A DNA stretch of 64,000 bases, from positions 3-64,002 of the forward strand of contig DAGG01000030.1 in the NCBI GenBank assembly GCA_002498125.1. The letters are read 5' to 3'. Positions within the stretch are counted from its first letter, which is position 1. Each line of letters opens with the position of its first letter. This DNA is from Candidatus Woesearchaeota archaeon UBA525 (lineage in GTDB: Archaea > Nanobdellota > Nanobdellia > Woesearchaeales > UBA525). Below are positions 41,138 through 50,452 of this stretch, piece after piece. The notes beneath the pieces are model-generated. The model had not been told where the DNA came from. It worked only from the letters and a program-made list of their open reading frames with translations, and did not search any database. Made by a program: the position numbers and the translations under genes.

Positions 41138-43192
41138 ATGGATGAGCCCGATCACTTGAAGATCCTCGCGTGCCTCAAGGAGCTCCCCTATAGTGTGGGC
41201 AAGGGTACGCTCGCGGAGATCCTCAGCGGAGCGGTCACGAAAAAGATGCTCATGAACAGCATCTACATGGAACTCAAGTCCTACAGCTCTTTGAGCGAGC
41301 ATCCGCAGGCGCACATCGAGCAGTCCATCGACCGCCTACTGATGAACGGCCTTCTCGCCGCCACGAGCCTATCTGGTCAGCCGCACGTGCGCGTGCTCAA
41401 GATTACGCCCAAGGGTCTGCAGGAACTCCGCAGACCGAGCATGATGCAGCACAGGTTCACCACGAAGTTCAAGGCAGACATCATAGACGCGCAGTCGAAG
41501 ATGCTCATGGAGCAATTCTCGTTCTTCCTCACTGCGTATAACAACGAGCAGCAGCACGCCATAGTCAGTCCGGCAAAGCGCATCCTCTGCGTCGCTGGAG
41601 CGGGCACAGGCAAGACGACAGTGCTCACGAAACGCATCGAGTTCCTCGTGCGCTACCGCGGAGTTGATCCAAAAGATATCCTTGCCATCACGTTCACGCG
41701 TAAAGCGCGCGCGGAGATGCAGTCACGCCTCGCGGGGATCGGCGCGCATGTGACGACGTTCAACGGCTTCTGCGAGCAGCTCTTACGCGCACACAAGCAG
41801 ACGAAGCCCATCATCAACTATGGCCAGAAGATACGGCTCTTCCATGACGCCCTCGCAGCTGAAAGCCTGCACATCGGCGGTCTCGTGCTCGATTACTTCA
41901 CCGATGGCCAGCGCAAGGGCGCGACACGCGATGAGCTCGAGAAGAGGCTTATGGGCGACGTGTACAGCATCATCGAGCACTACTCCAACGAGGATGAGAT
42001 CATGCCGGCGAAAGGCAAATCGACGCTCGCTAGCACGCTCCTCGGGATTGCTCGACGGATAGATGAGAGCATAGAGGCGCAAGGCTTGCGCGACTACCCA
42101 GGACAGCTCCGTGATGCGCTCGCGCTACTGCGTTCGAGTCCAGGAACACGACCGCACTACACGCACATCCTTGTTGACGAATACCAGGATGTCAATATCG
42201 CGCAGCAACGCCTCATAGAACTGCTCAACGCGGAACATCTCTTCGTCGTAGGTGACCCGCGCCAAAGCGTCTTCGGCTGGAGAGGCTCGCAGATCAGGTT
42301 CATCTCGGAATTCGCCGCAGAGACGACCATCCAGCTGCGGACCAACTACCGATCGCGGACTGAGATAGTCGCGCTCATGAACAGGCTCATCGCCCGCATG
42401 GGGCTGCCCGACCTCGAAGGCCAGGGGACTGGTGGCGTGGTGCAGACGCTCAAGTACGCGAACGAGGATGAAGAAGTTGCAGCCATAGCGCTCCTGCTCG
42501 CACACATGAAAGAGAAGGACGTGTGCGGAAGTGCATCTCCAGGCATGCTGGGAACTGCGTTCCCTAGCATCTTCGTGCTCGCACGCACGAACAGACAGCT
42601 GCAAGACCTATCAATCCTGCTCAAGCAGAGAGGAATTGCGCACAACATACGGCGCGAAGAGGACGAAAGCGAACCTACAGGTATCGTGCTCGCGACAGTC
42701 CATGCAATCAAGGGGTTGGAAGCCAGTACCGTCATCGTGCTGGGCGCGACATCGCGCTACTTCCCCTGCAAGGTGTCCGACCACCCGGTCGTGGACCTCA
42801 TCAAGGACTCGTACCTCGACCGAGAAGAGGAGGAGCGCAGGCTGCTCTACGTCGCAGTGTCCAGGGCCAAGGAACGCCTCATCATCACCTACACATCCAT
42901 ACCGACATACTTCCTCGATGGTGCTTTGGAGAGTCCCGGATCTGCGCAGAAAAGTACTGCGAGCCACAAACGCACACCATCTGGCGACGCTGCCTTCGAA
43001 CGGCTGCAGAACTGGCGCGCACAGCTGGCGAAGCAGCGCGGAGTCCCTGCGTACGTCATCTGCACAGACCGCACTCTGCAGGAGCTCACCGAGACGCGCC
43101 CGCAGTCCCTGCGTGAGCTGAAAGGAATCCACGGCCTCGGAGAGATGAGGATAAAGCAGTTCGGAGAGGAGATACTCAGGCTCCTCCAGTAG
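41138..43192 (+). CDS. UvrD/Rep-family SF1 helicase with N-terminal winged-helix and C-terminal HRDC domains
   Basis: Motif I AGAGTGKTTVL, motif II ILVDEYQDVN, VGDPRQSVFGWRG, TNYRS, TVHAIKGLEA, LLYVAVSRAKERL. HRDC region LQNWRAQLAKQRGVPAYVICTDRTLQEL...GLGEMRIKQFGEEIL. A TATA (TTTTATATAAG, about 41106-41116) supports the ATG at 41138. Confidence 0.85.
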   Translation: MDEPDHLKILACLKELPYSVGKGTLAEILSGAVTKKMLMNSIYMELKSYSSLSEHPQAHIEQSIDRLLMNGLLAATSLSGQPHVRVLKITPKGLQELRRPSMMQHRFTTKFKADIIDAQSKMLMEQFSFFLTAYNNEQQHAIVSPAKRILCVAGAGTGKTTVLTKRIEFLVRYRGVDPKDILAITFTRKARAEMQSRLAGIGAHVTTFNGFCEQLLRAHKQTKPIINYGQKIRLFHDALAAESLHIGGLVLDYFTDGQRKGATRDELEKRLMGDVYSIIEHYSNEDEIMPAKGKSTLASTLLGIARRIDESIEAQGLRDYPGQLRDALALLRSSPGTRPHYTHILVDEYQDVNIAQQRLIELLNAEHLFVVGDPRQSVFGWRGSQIRFISEFAAETTIQLRTNYRSRTEIVALMNRLIARMGLPDLEGQGTGGVVQTLKYANEDEEVAAIALLLAHMKEKDVCGSASPGMLGTAFPSIFVLARTNRQLQDLSILLKQRGIAHNIRREEDESEPTGIVLATVHAIKGLEASTVIVLGATSRYFPCKVSDHPVVDLIKDSYLDREEEERRLLYVAVSRAKERLIITYTSIPTYFLDGALESPGSAQKSTASHKRTPSGDAAFERLQNWRAQLAKQRGVPAYVICTDRTLQELTETRPQSLRELKGIHGLGEMRIKQFGEEILRLLQ

Positions 43193-43233
43193 TTCTACGT
43201 CAGGTTTAAAAGCAGAATCGAGTTCCCGAAACC

Positions 43234-44160
43234 ATGCCTCAGTACAAGAACATCGTCACGCTCATCGAGCAGGAGAAGGTCTCCGTGCCCCAAGTCCTAG
43301 GTGGCAGATTCCACCTCGATCAGGATGAAGAGTACCCGCTCCAGCTGATCCTGGATAGCGTCGATCCGAAGGTCGGGGAGTTCATGGAGCAGCAGTACCG
43401 TTTCGAAAAGGAGAAAGAGGCGCACTGCGGACTCCCATCACATCTGCGGAGCATGAAGAGCCGTAATGGAGTGGAGATTATCACAGGCGAGAAGGTTGCC
43501 GATCTGCTCCCCGCGGAGTACATAGCAAGGCCTATCGACATGATGCAGGTGTATGCTGCGGCGACGCAGGAACGCAAGCAGCCGAAAACAAACGAGTCTC
43601 TTCCTTCGTCACAAAGTGTCTCGGCACCGATACCTGCCATCCAGCTGCAAACATCTACCGACGAGTACGGGATCGAAGCAGATCCAGAACCAGAACCGAT
43701 CAATGGGAAGATGACTCTGTATGAGGGAGTCGAGTACACCCCGCGCCAGATCATCGAAGGGCTCGAAGAGCTCATCCAAACTCCAGTAGCATTCAGGGAC
43801 GTCGTGGACAAGCTCCATCACAACATGAAAATCCTCACCGGAAGTAACGAATACGTATCGCCTTACACGCCAGGAATCAGCATCGTTGCTGAGCGATGGA
43901 ACGAATTCCTCCAGCGCGAGCTGCCCGGCATGTACAAGAGAGGCGTCGAGTACGAGCGCCGCAACGGCTTTATCAGCATGGAACAGGCACGGGACGTCTT
44001 CATGAAGTACGAGAGCGGAGAGGTCGGATTCGATATCTTCAGAGAGACGCTTGATGAGAGCGACTCGTTCCTTGTCGGTAAGAAGATGATGAGGAAGGGA
44101 GAGGTCATCCGCGACGGCAAGGTGCTCCTCGACCTTGTAGAGGAAAACGCGAAGATCTGA
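43234..44160 (+). CDS. Hypothetical protein (308 aa)
   Basis: ORF with GGTTTAAAAGC about 25 nt upstream. Acidic central linker. No motif recognised. Confidence 0.55.
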   Translation: MPQYKNIVTLIEQEKVSVPQVLGGRFHLDQDEEYPLQLILDSVDPKVGEFMEQQYRFEKEKEAHCGLPSHLRSMKSRNGVEIITGEKVADLLPAEYIARPIDMMQVYAAATQERKQPKTNESLPSSQSVSAPIPAIQLQTSTDEYGIEADPEPEPINGKMTLYEGVEYTPRQIIEGLEELIQTPVAFRDVVDKLHHNMKILTGSNEYVSPYTPGISIVAERWNEFLQRELPGMYKRGVEYERRNGFISMEQARDVFMKYESGEVGFDIFRETLDESDSFLVGKKMMRKGEVIRDGKVLLDLVEENAKI

Positions 44161-44233
44161 ATTTTTCGAGCTTTTCTCAATGAATGTTTATATCATCCCC
44201 TGTGACAGGCAGGTCACACCAGGGGGTGAAAGA

Positions 44234-45073
44234 ATGAGAGCACTAGGATTATTGCTGGCCGCAATCCTTCTCGTCGCTTGCTCAGAGACCACTGTGATTG
44301 AGCGCGAGACTGTGAGTGACGAGCCTAGAGGAAGGGTCATCATGACCATCACCGACGATCTCGTCGACCTGCGAGGCATCAGCAGCCTCAGGATCACAAT
44401 AGATAATGTGCAGGTCTACAGTGAAGAGGATGGCTGGATAACGGTCGGCGGAGATGAGGAGACGTACGATCTCCTCCAGCTGCGCGATGTCGAGGCAGTC
44501 ATCGCCGACCAGGCATTGGAGGCGGAAACCTATACTGCCATGCGTATGGACCTGTCTAGCGTGGAGGTCGTGGACTCGCGCGGCACGCATAATGCTGAGC
44601 TACCTGCCGAGAAGTACACCATCAATGCGCAGCTCATCATCGAGCCGGAGGGATTATCCGCGGTGACGTTCGACTTCATCCCTGAGCGCTCGCTCCACAT
44701 CGCTGAGGACGGCACTTACGTCTTCGCACCAGTGGTGCGCGTCACGAGCAGGACCGACGCGGTCGTTCAGCCGGTGCGCGGCGATACCGTCATCGTCACC
44801 GGCGGCAACATCGTCGCTGATGTCACCTACGGCATGACACTGCAGGGAGCAGTGGACGTGAACGTCATCGTACCTGACAGGCCGATAATCATCGACAACG
44901 GCGTCATCCGCGTGGAACGCACAATCCAGGACACGACGACCTACAACACCACAGTCTACAACACGACGACAGTGGTCAACCGCAGGAACGTCATCAACGA
45001 GGACGTGACCCAGAACAACACCTATGACAACAGGACGTTGAGAAGCAGGGTGAACGTAACGAACGAGACCTGA
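44234..45073 (+). CDS. Putative lipoprotein, DUF4382-like beta domain with Asn/Thr-rich tail
   Basis: MRALGLLLAAILLVACS lipobox. SD-like GGGGGTGA 5-8 nt upstream. ITDD...W......YDLLQLRDVEAVIADQALEAETYTAMRMDL resembles DUF4382. The tail carries many NxT sequons. Confidence 0.55.
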   Translation: MRALGLLLAAILLVACSETTVIERETVSDEPRGRVIMTITDDLVDLRGISSLRITIDNVQVYSEEDGWITVGGDEETYDLLQLRDVEAVIADQALEAETYTAMRMDLSSVEVVDSRGTHNAELPAEKYTINAQLIIEPEGLSAVTFDFIPERSLHIAEDGTYVFAPVVRVTSRTDAVVQPVRGDTVIVTGGNIVADVTYGMTLQGAVDVNVIVPDRPIIIDNGVIRVERTIQDTTTYNTTVYNTTTVVNRRNVINEDVTQNNTYDNRTLRSRVNVTNET

Positions 45074-45102
45074 TTATTTTTCTGATTTTATTTTTTGATT
45101 CC

Positions 45103-45693
45103 TTATCTCATGCGTTCCCAGAGTATCTGCTCACCTTTGACGAGCGATTCAAGGATGCCCTTATCCTCGGCGCAGAGTCTCCCTTCTACCTTGCCTTCTG
45201 TGGCAAACTCGTCCATGAGGCATTCTCTCGCAGGATCAAAGCTGGTATCCGCTTCCTCACCGTGATGACCGTAGCCGAATATACCGTGACCGACGCCGTG
45301 CGCGAGCGCATACTTGCGCCGTCCATTCGTCTTCCTGTCCAGCATGAGAGGACTGACGCTAATGATGCCTTTGCCATGGTAGCGCTCGAGGACGTTACGC
45401 GGCATCAGCCTGACGATCGCCTGGATGCCGTCGAATTCCCACGGTAGGCGCGAAGCTACACCGAGCCCGCACAGCGAGAAATTCATCCCGTGCTGTCCGA
45501 AGCAGGTGTTGAGCGACTCCACAGCATCTTTGCATTGCGTGACCGCATCAGGAGGGATGAAACTATAGTAGAACGATATAGGAATCGGCTTGCCTAAAGC
45601 CGCGATCTTCTGCAACGGCGCGTAAATATCGCCGACAGACCAGTGCCTGTCGTACGTATCGTGGTACCACTCCTCATCACCAGGGTATGCCAT
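45103..45693 (-). CDS. Hypothetical protein (196 aa) with a degenerate metzincin-like His cluster
   Basis: The ATG at 45693 overlaps the TGA of the upstream gene (ATGA). Contains ALAHGVGHGIFGYGHHG. The track's longer 5' extension overlaps the upstream gene and is Arg-rich. Confidence 0.5.
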   Translation of the reverse strand: MAYPGDEEWYHDTYDRHWSVGDIYAPLQKIAALGKPIPISFYYSFIPPDAVTQCKDAVESLNTCFGQHGMNFSLCGLGVASRLPWEFDGIQAIVRLMPRNVLERYHGKGIISVSPLMLDRKTNGRRKYALAHGVGHGIFGYGHHGEEADTSFDPARECLMDEFATEGKVEGRLCAEDKGILESLVKGEQILWERMR

Positions 45694-47486
45694 CAGTACA
45701 GCCCCGCGCGGCCCATGCGGCGGCGCCATCCGTAATCTGCGGCACGTCTTCCCACACCATACGCCGCGCCGCCTGCCATCGCGCCGATAGCGAGGTACGC
45801 AAGGAGCTCGAGCGCTATACGCTGGCCGTAGGTCGGATGCCATTCCGATCCCTTCATGTTCGCATTGCCGAGCTCATAGGCGAGATTGCCGATGTCACGC
45901 AGCGCCGAGTTCGTCTTGCCGCCGTAGGACCTGACCTCGCGGAGGACGTCCATGTCGCGTTCGATACGCGGCACGACCGTGTCGAACTTGTTGAATGAGT
46001 CTGAGATGCGTGAGAACCCGCTGACGACGGACCCGGCCTGCGTCTGCAGGCGCTTATTCTCATGCCATCCAAAAGGATACTCTGTGGGGCCGCCGCAGAG
46101 AGGATTGATGTTATGGAAGCTCTCAGGCAGCGCGCGTTCATTCTCGAAGAAGAACTCTGGCAGCCCCGAAGATCTCAGGGAGCCAGCGTCCCCGAGGAGC
46201 TGATTATAGCCCCTGATCATGATTGAGCTTGCCCACTTGTTGTAGTGCGTGACCTTCTCGTGCACTTCATCGATGTTGTTGCCTGTGAGGAGCAAGCCGA
46301 GCGTGTTCGGTGTCTCAAGCAGGCCGTTCAATCTCGCGGCTTCCAGTTGCGGGAACTGGCGACGGCCGTTATGTATAGCAGAAACGCCGTTCAGGTAGCG
46401 TCCCGTGTCGAGCGTCCACTTGTGGTGTGTCCTGTCGCAGACCGTGGTGCAACTCTCGTTACCTTCTGAGTCCGTAGTGCAGTCCTCGTGTGTGTCATCC
46501 CATGTCCTGTAGGTCCATGAGTTGCCCATCTCGTTAGTACCGTGCGCGATTGCCCGCACTGGTTTCACTGTGGGTGCCATGTGTTTCTGGGCGATGTCTT
46601 TGGCATCGAGGAAGATGTGCGCGTATGGACGCGTGTAATCATTGCCTGCCCAGTTGTGGAGCTTCTTGAGCACAGAGGGGTTGGCGTCTGGCTTGATGAA
46701 ATCATCCCACTCCTGCGCTTCAACACTGGCGGCGCTCAGGTTGTGTGAGCGGTTCCACGTGTCGTGGAGGTACATCTCGAGGTTGTGCGCACTAATCGCC
46801 ATACGCGTCATCGGATGGAGACGGAAGCTCTCGTCGCCAGTGCTATTGAGAGCGCCATACAGGTCATCCTTGTACTTCTTGTAGGAGACAGGACGGTTGT
46901 GGTCCTTGCGCTCCCAGTAGGAGTGTGATGGTATCCCGACCGCGAGGAACGCGACAAGCCCTGCTGTCACCGCGGTGATGCCGTGCCTGTTGTAGCGCGC
47001 CCATTCCAGAAGGCCGTGAGCGCCGCGTTGGACGTTCGATTCGAGTTCTGAGAGCTCCTGTTTGTTGAGCTCGTGCTTGATCTTCTTGAATGCGCGACGC
47101 GTGTCGCGGTAGGTCTTGGTATCCGGGCTTTCGCGGATTCCGTGATAGAGCGTGCGCGTGCCGGTCTCGCGCCCATTAATCTCCTCGTAGGCTTCGACGA
47201 TCTCGCGATCGTGATCAATGAGACGTTGCTGCTTGCGCACATAGCTCTCGTACTGCCCCGTTGCCTTGAGCGACAATTTCTGGAACGCTCCAGTCAACGC
47301 CCTATCAAGCCCCTGGTCCATGCGCGTCCGCGAGAATGGTGCCGTGACCTGATCAAGCTCGAACTTGCGCAGCTTCGCATCGATGTAGCGCTTGCGCGCC
47401 TCTATGCGGTGAAGGCGTTCTGCACGTCCGTCCCCTCCAGCATGCGCAGCGTAGCCGACGCTCGCTGGCGGTATGAATTTTCCCAT
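45693..47486 (-). CDS. Hypothetical membrane protein (597 aa, about 2 TM with a large loop)
   Basis: TM helices at ITAVTAGLVAFLAVGI and ALELLAYLAIGAMAGGAAYGV. Cys/His-containing loop HEDCTTDSEGNESCTTVCDRTHH. No family recognised. Confidence 0.6.
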   Translation of the reverse strand: MGKFIPPASVGYAAHAGGDGRAERLHRIEARKRYIDAKLRKFELDQVTAPFSRTRMDQGLDRALTGAFQKLSLKATGQYESYVRKQQRLIDHDREIVEAYEEINGRETGTRTLYHGIRESPDTKTYRDTRRAFKKIKHELNKQELSELESNVQRGAHGLLEWARYNRHGITAVTAGLVAFLAVGIPSHSYWERKDHNRPVSYKKYKDDLYGALNSTGDESFRLHPMTRMAISAHNLEMYLHDTWNRSHNLSAASVEAQEWDDFIKPDANPSVLKKLHNWAGNDYTRPYAHIFLDAKDIAQKHMAPTVKPVRAIAHGTNEMGNSWTYRTWDDTHEDCTTDSEGNESCTTVCDRTHHKWTLDTGRYLNGVSAIHNGRRQFPQLEAARLNGLLETPNTLGLLLTGNNIDEVHEKVTHYNKWASSIMIRGYNQLLGDAGSLRSSGLPEFFFENERALPESFHNINPLCGGPTEYPFGWHENKRLQTQAGSVVSGFSRISDSFNKFDTVVPRIERDMDVLREVRSYGGKTNSALRDIGNLAYELGNANMKGSEWHPTYGQRIALELLAYLAIGAMAGGAAYGVGRRAADYGWRRRMGRAGLY

Positions 47487-47488
47487 CT

Positions 47489-47689
47489 TCAGTAGTCCAG
47501 GAAGAACTCGTCCATCTCCTGCTTGGAGAGCTTTCGCTTGTTAAGGAGGTTCATCTTCTTCTGCTTTCGACCAGTGATAGGATCTATGGCGGCATCGTCA
47601 TCGAGGCCCTTACGGATCCTCTTGAGGACGTTCTGGTCCTCTTCGCTGACGCCTTCATCGTCGTATATGAATCCGTCGTCGTTCTTCAT
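47489..47689 (-). CDS. Small highly charged protein (66 aa)
   Basis: Overlaps the upstream gene by 4 nt and sits 2 nt from the downstream gene. Acidic N-terminus and basic centre. Confidence 0.4.
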   Translation of the reverse strand: MKNDDGFIYDDEGVSEEDQNVLKRIRKGLDDDAAIDPITGRKQKKMNLLNKRKLSKQEMDEFFLDY

Positions 47690-48195
47690 GCACTCACCTG
47701 GTTGGACTTATTGCTAGAGCGTAATTTGCGGTCTTCGGGAATGGCTGGAGTTGTCGAGTTGCCCAGAGGCATGCCGTAGAAATCGTCGCCGTCAAGTGTG
47801 GGCACGACTAGGTGCGCGTTGTCCTGCCCCCAGACGTAGCCAGGATTCGCTTTCTCGATGTGCTTTCGCACGATATCGATGCCGCGTTGCCCGAGCCTAT
47901 CGGTGTCAAACCCCGCACTCTCCAGCTCAAAATGCGTCAGGGCTTTCAACACAGCAATGTTGCCGCGCACGTCAGTTTCTCTGCCCAGCGACTCGGAAAC
48001 ATAGAAGCCAACTGCGATCATAGGTGCGTCAGCGAGGCGGTGCTCGAGACGCCGGCCCTCAATCATATTCTGCACATAGTTGACAGTAGAGTAGCCGAGC
48101 GCTGAGCCGAGGAGCGTCCCCGCAGCAATCGCGGCTACAAACCAAGGCGCCGGCTTTCCCGGCCTCTCTGTTGAGTTATTGTAAGTATCAGTCAT
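47686..48195 (-). CDS. Hypothetical N-terminally anchored protein (169 aa)
   Basis: TM helix PWFVAAIAAGTLLGSALGY. 4-nt overlaps on both sides. Confidence 0.5.
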   Translation of the reverse strand: MTDTYNNSTERPGKPAPWFVAAIAAGTLLGSALGYSTVNYVQNMIEGRRLEHRLADAPMIAVGFYVSESLGRETDVRGNIAVLKALTHFELESAGFDTDRLGQRGIDIVRKHIEKANPGYVWGQDNAHLVVPTLDGDDFYGMPLGNSTTPAIPEDRKLRSSNKSNQVSA

Positions 48196-48587
48196 GGTCT
48201 CACCTTCACATCCGGCAGAGCTATCTTGCCTGCGCCAAAGATTGGGGTGCCGTCATTGCCGACCTCCATATTAGCGAGGCGCTCAAGACGCGAAGCATTG
48301 ATGCGCAGCACAGTGTCCTCAATGGCGTGCGCAGCGATAGAGCCGTCCTTCGCACCGTAGATATCCTCCGCTATCTCCTCAGCAGTCATCGGTCGAGGCA
48401 GTTGTAATTCTACGACCGGTGCGCTGCGTGCAGTCTCGAAAGCCGCGTCATAGGCACGGCCTCTCATGAATTGGTGACCGCCGATAGCAATTGATGTTGT
48501 GAGGACTGCGGTAGCGCCAAGTATCCCGAGGACCGGGATGTGGTACGTACGTCCGTTACTGTTTCCCGAGTATGATTTCGTGTACAT
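48192..48587 (-). CDS. Hypothetical N-terminally anchored protein (131 aa)
   Basis: TM helix IPVLGILGATAVLTTSIAIG. First gene of the operon. ATTTATAAGG about 30 nt upstream on the minus strand. Confidence 0.5.
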   Translation of the reverse strand: MYTKSYSGNSNGRTYHIPVLGILGATAVLTTSIAIGGHQFMRGRAYDAAFETARSAPVVELQLPRPMTAEEIAEDIYGAKDGSIAAHAIEDTVLRINASRLERLANMEVGNDGTPIFGAGKIALPDVKVRP

Positions 48588-48731
48588 GCAGCTATTGGAT
48601 GAAAATATCCTTATAAATCTTCCGTTTTGTAACTACTAACGAGAAGTAACAAGTATGAAAACTATTTATTTTCTATATAGAATAACTCTGGCAGGAGAAC
48701 GTTTTTATACCGTCGAGAAGCCCACACAGGC

Positions 48732-50081
48732 ATGGCGCTCAAGGTCTACAATACGCTGACGAAGCAAACAGAACCATTTACCCCTATGAAGCCGGGCAAG
48801 GTGAAACTCTTCGTCTGCGGGCCGACAGTCTACGATATGCCGCACCTCGGCCATGCGAAGACCTACACGCAGTTCGATTTCATCGTCCGCTACCTACGAA
48901 AGCAATACGACGTCTTCTACCTGCAGAACATCACGGACATCGATGATAAGATCATCAACCGCGCCAAGGAACAGGACAAGAGCGCGGAGGAGATTGCGCG
49001 CCATTTCGAGAGCATCTACAAAGAGGACATGGCGAGCCTGCACAACACATCGGTAAGCGAATACGCCCGGGCGACAGAGCACATCCCGCAGATAGTGCAG
49101 CAGGTGCAGACACTCGTAGAGAAAGGATACGCCTACCACATCAGCGACGGCTACTACTTCAACCTCAAGAAGTTCTCTGACTACGGCAAGCTCTCAGGCA
49201 GGATTACACTACAGGAGAACGACGCAGTGTCACGCATCGACGAGAACGAGGAGAAGCAGAACAAGGGAGACTTCTGCCTCTGGAAATCCGCGAAGCCAGG
49301 AGAGCCGTCATGGGACACGCCGCTTGGCGCAGGAAGGCCTGGCTGGCACATCGAGGACACGGCAATCACCGAGCAGCTGCTCGGCCCGCAGTACGACGTG
49401 CATGGCGGCGCTGTCGACCTGATATTCCCGCACCACGAGGCAGAGATAGCGCAGATGGAGTCGGCATCAGGCAAGAAGCCGCTCGTCCGCTACTGGCTGC
49501 ACACCGCATTCCTTAATATCAACAGCGAGAAAATGTCAAAGAGCAAGGACAACTTCAAGACCATCCGCGACGCGCTCAAGGAGTATAACTACAAGGTACT
49601 GCGCTACTTCTTCCTCAGCCAGCACTACCGCACACAGATGGATTTCAGCGCCGATAGCCTGGAGAACGCGAAGAACGGACTGCAGCGCATCAACGACTTC
49701 CTCCTCACACTAGAGGACCGAGATGACAGCGAGCACCTTCCCGCAATCGAGGATTGCAGGACGAAATTCTATGAGATGCTCGATGACGATTTCGACACGC
49801 CAAAAGCCCTCGCCACGCTCTTCGATTTCATCAAGCTCATGAACACGAAAGGCGGCGCGGGCAGGAACGTGCGCGCGCTCTTCGTCGAGATCGACACATT
49901 CTTTGATTACATGACGCTGGAGCTCGACATCCCGCAAGAAGTGCGGGAGCTCGCGGCGAAGCGTCAAGAGGCGAGAACGGCAAAAGACTGGGCTGCATCA
50001 GACACGCTGCGCGATGAGATCAAGGCAAAAGGCTATCTTGTCGACGACAAGAAGGACGGGTATGTGATAAGGAAAGCATAA
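48732..50081 (+). CDS. cysS: Cysteine--tRNA ligase
   Basis: CGPTVYDMPHLGHAKTY (HIGH), GWHIED, KMSKSKDN. Confidence 0.95.
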   Translation: MALKVYNTLTKQTEPFTPMKPGKVKLFVCGPTVYDMPHLGHAKTYTQFDFIVRYLRKQYDVFYLQNITDIDDKIINRAKEQDKSAEEIARHFESIYKEDMASLHNTSVSEYARATEHIPQIVQQVQTLVEKGYAYHISDGYYFNLKKFSDYGKLSGRITLQENDAVSRIDENEEKQNKGDFCLWKSAKPGEPSWDTPLGAGRPGWHIEDTAITEQLLGPQYDVHGGAVDLIFPHHEAEIAQMESASGKKPLVRYWLHTAFLNINSEKMSKSKDNFKTIRDALKEYNYKVLRYFFLSQHYRTQMDFSADSLENAKNGLQRINDFLLTLEDRDDSEHLPAIEDCRTKFYEMLDDDFDTPKALATLFDFIKLMNTKGGAGRNVRALFVEIDTFFDYMTLELDIPQEVRELAAKRQEARTAKDWAASDTLRDEIKAKGYLVDDKKDGYVIRKA

Positions 50082-50118
50082 AAGTCATGCCAGACTCCTG
50101 AACATTGGAGGCGATACC

Positions 50119-50430
50119 ATGATAGCAGTCAGAACGACAGAATCAACACTGGAGAAAATGCAACGCGAAGGGTTCGAACGCGGCAGCAGGATTGAGCTCA
50201 TACTGAAGAAAGGAGCAGAGTACGACAGTTGGGCACCGGCAGGAGCATGCGACCTAGCAGGTTACGAACCCGGCGATGGGATGACAAATGAGCCAGGACT
50301 CAAAATCCTGGGGTACGTCATGGCCATCAAGGATTCTCGTGTAGAGATAGCGCACGGATGGGAAGGGGAGAGGCCTGCTCGTCTCGGCGGCATATACGCG
50401 TGCGAAGAAACTATCTACGACTTCAAATAA
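50119..50430 (+). CDS. Hypothetical protein (103 aa)
   Basis: ORF with SD-like TGGAGG 8 nt upstream, co-directional with cysS. Confidence 0.45.
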   Translation: MIAVRTTESTLEKMQREGFERGSRIELILKKGAEYDSWAPAGACDLAGYEPGDGMTNEPGLKILGYVMAIKDSRVEIAHGWEGERPARLGGIYACEETIYDFK

Positions 50431-50452
50431 TTTTTTCACTTTTTTCTTTATC

